This document shows positions 25,562 to 26,380 of a DNA stretch of 26,380 bases, one piece after another (positions within the stretch are counted from its first letter, which is position 1; the number at the start of each line of letters is the position of its first letter). The DNA comes from Candidatus Undinarchaeota archaeon. Lineage in GTDB: Archaea; SpSt-1190; JASMDC01. A program made the position numbers and the translations under genes. Below the pieces are notes generated by a model. That model had not been told where the DNA came from. It did not search any database and saw only the letters and a list, made by a program, of their open reading frames with translations. The DNA is taken from assembly GCA_964519305.1 (NCBI GenBank), contig CAZFHY010000029.1, positions 1 through 26,380 on the forward strand, read 5' to 3'.

Positions 25562-26380
25562 TCCTTCCCACATGCATTCCCAAGCTCGACGCCCTCCTCG
25601 GCGGCGGCGTTCCTGGCGGTCGGTCCCTTCTATATCTGATCCAACCCGGTATCGACGGGAGCGTGTTCGGGCTCCAGACCGCGGTCAAGAGTATTGAGAA
25701 CGGTATGCATGGGGTGTTCGTTGTATCGACCACTCATCCATCGAAGGTCCAGGACTCCGTCGAGGGCTTCGGTTGGGACTTCGAGGTCATCAAGGACCGA
25801 CTCAACATCATAGACCTTCACTCCGGACTGACCAAATCCCCTTCCGATGCGAAACACGTGGTTGAGGACCCTGAGGACCTTGAGAGCATCGATGCCACTA
25901 TGATCCAGGCCATCGATAACTCCACAGGCGCTCTGCTGTTCTTCGAGTCCCTCTCGACCATCATGGACCTCTGCGGTGAGGAACGGTCACTGGAGTACGT
26001 GCATCGCTGGTTGAAGCAGGCACGGCTCAATGACTGTGTCGTTATCGCTAACTTCACTGCCTGGCCTTATGCGGAGGAGACAGTCTCCCGGATCCGCGAT
26101 ACGCTCTTCAATGCCGTGGTCCGGGTCGGGGGCGTGGGTGAGCGGGTGATGTTCGGACAGTACTACGGAGTGCTGCGAGCGGATTGGATGGACACCCAGA
26201 ACGAACGAACCCTGTTGTTCAAGGTATCGCGGCCCGGTGGAGTTAAGGTCTACATCCCGAAGCTTCTCGTCACCGGACCGTTCAACGCCGGGAAATCTAC
26301 TTTCGTACAGTCCCTTTCCAACACCTCGGTGTCGGTGGACCGTCTCGGGACGACCATTGCCCTTGACTTCGGCCATATAG
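25558..26380 (+). CDS. Fusion of a degenerate KaiC/RAD55-like domain and an MglA/Arf-like small GTPase, 3' end outside window
   Basis: Absent from the ORF track because it has no stop. GTG overlaps the upstream TGA after GGAGGAGG. Reads MILPTCIPKLDALLGGGVPGGRSLLYLIQPGIDG..FFESLSTIMD..KLLVTGPFNAGKSTFVQSLS..TTIALDFGHI. Confidence 0.9.
   Translation, partial: MILPTCIPKLDALLGGGVPGGRSLLYLIQPGIDGSVFGLQTAVKSIENGMHGVFVVSTTHPSKVQDSVEGFGWDFEVIKDRLNIIDLHSGLTKSPSDAKHVVEDPEDLESIDATMIQAIDNSTGALLFFESLSTIMDLCGEERSLEYVHRWLKQARLNDCVVIANFTAWPYAEETVSRIRDTLFNAVVRVGGVGERVMFGQYYGVLRADWMDTQNERTLLFKVSRPGGVKVYIPKLLVTGPFNAGKSTFVQSLSNTSVSVDRLGTTIALDFGHI

Overview
Archaeal DNA, judged from TBP, the rps13-rps4-rps11-rpoD cluster, a GHMP-type shikimate kinase, a Hef-type helicase and TATA-box promoters. 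The lineage cannot be assigned from the sequence alone. Left part (1-8.5 kb): end of an M14 zinc carboxypeptidase, two orphan genes, a cluster of transcription factors including a TBP, and a 1268-aa membrane-anchored NHL/LamG/Cys-rich surface protein. Middle (8.7-13 kb): a Hef helicase lacking its nuclease domain, a SEC-C protein and a Zn-ribbon/TPR protein, all bracketed by two inverted copies of a 111-bp MITE-like element. From 13 to 18 kb: an island next to tRNA-Leu(GAG) with a tyrosine integrase, an RHH/wHTH partner and two convergent paralogous RHH-Zn-finger genes. Right part: the ribosomal/RNAP cluster, aroK/aroE, and a candidate signalling locus made of a roughly 7-TM protein fused to a degenerate KaiC/RAD55-like domain, a stand-alone KaiC-like protein, and a KaiC-like/small GTPase fusion that runs off the window and is missing from the ORF track. 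Family assignments are by motif recognition only; no searches were run.
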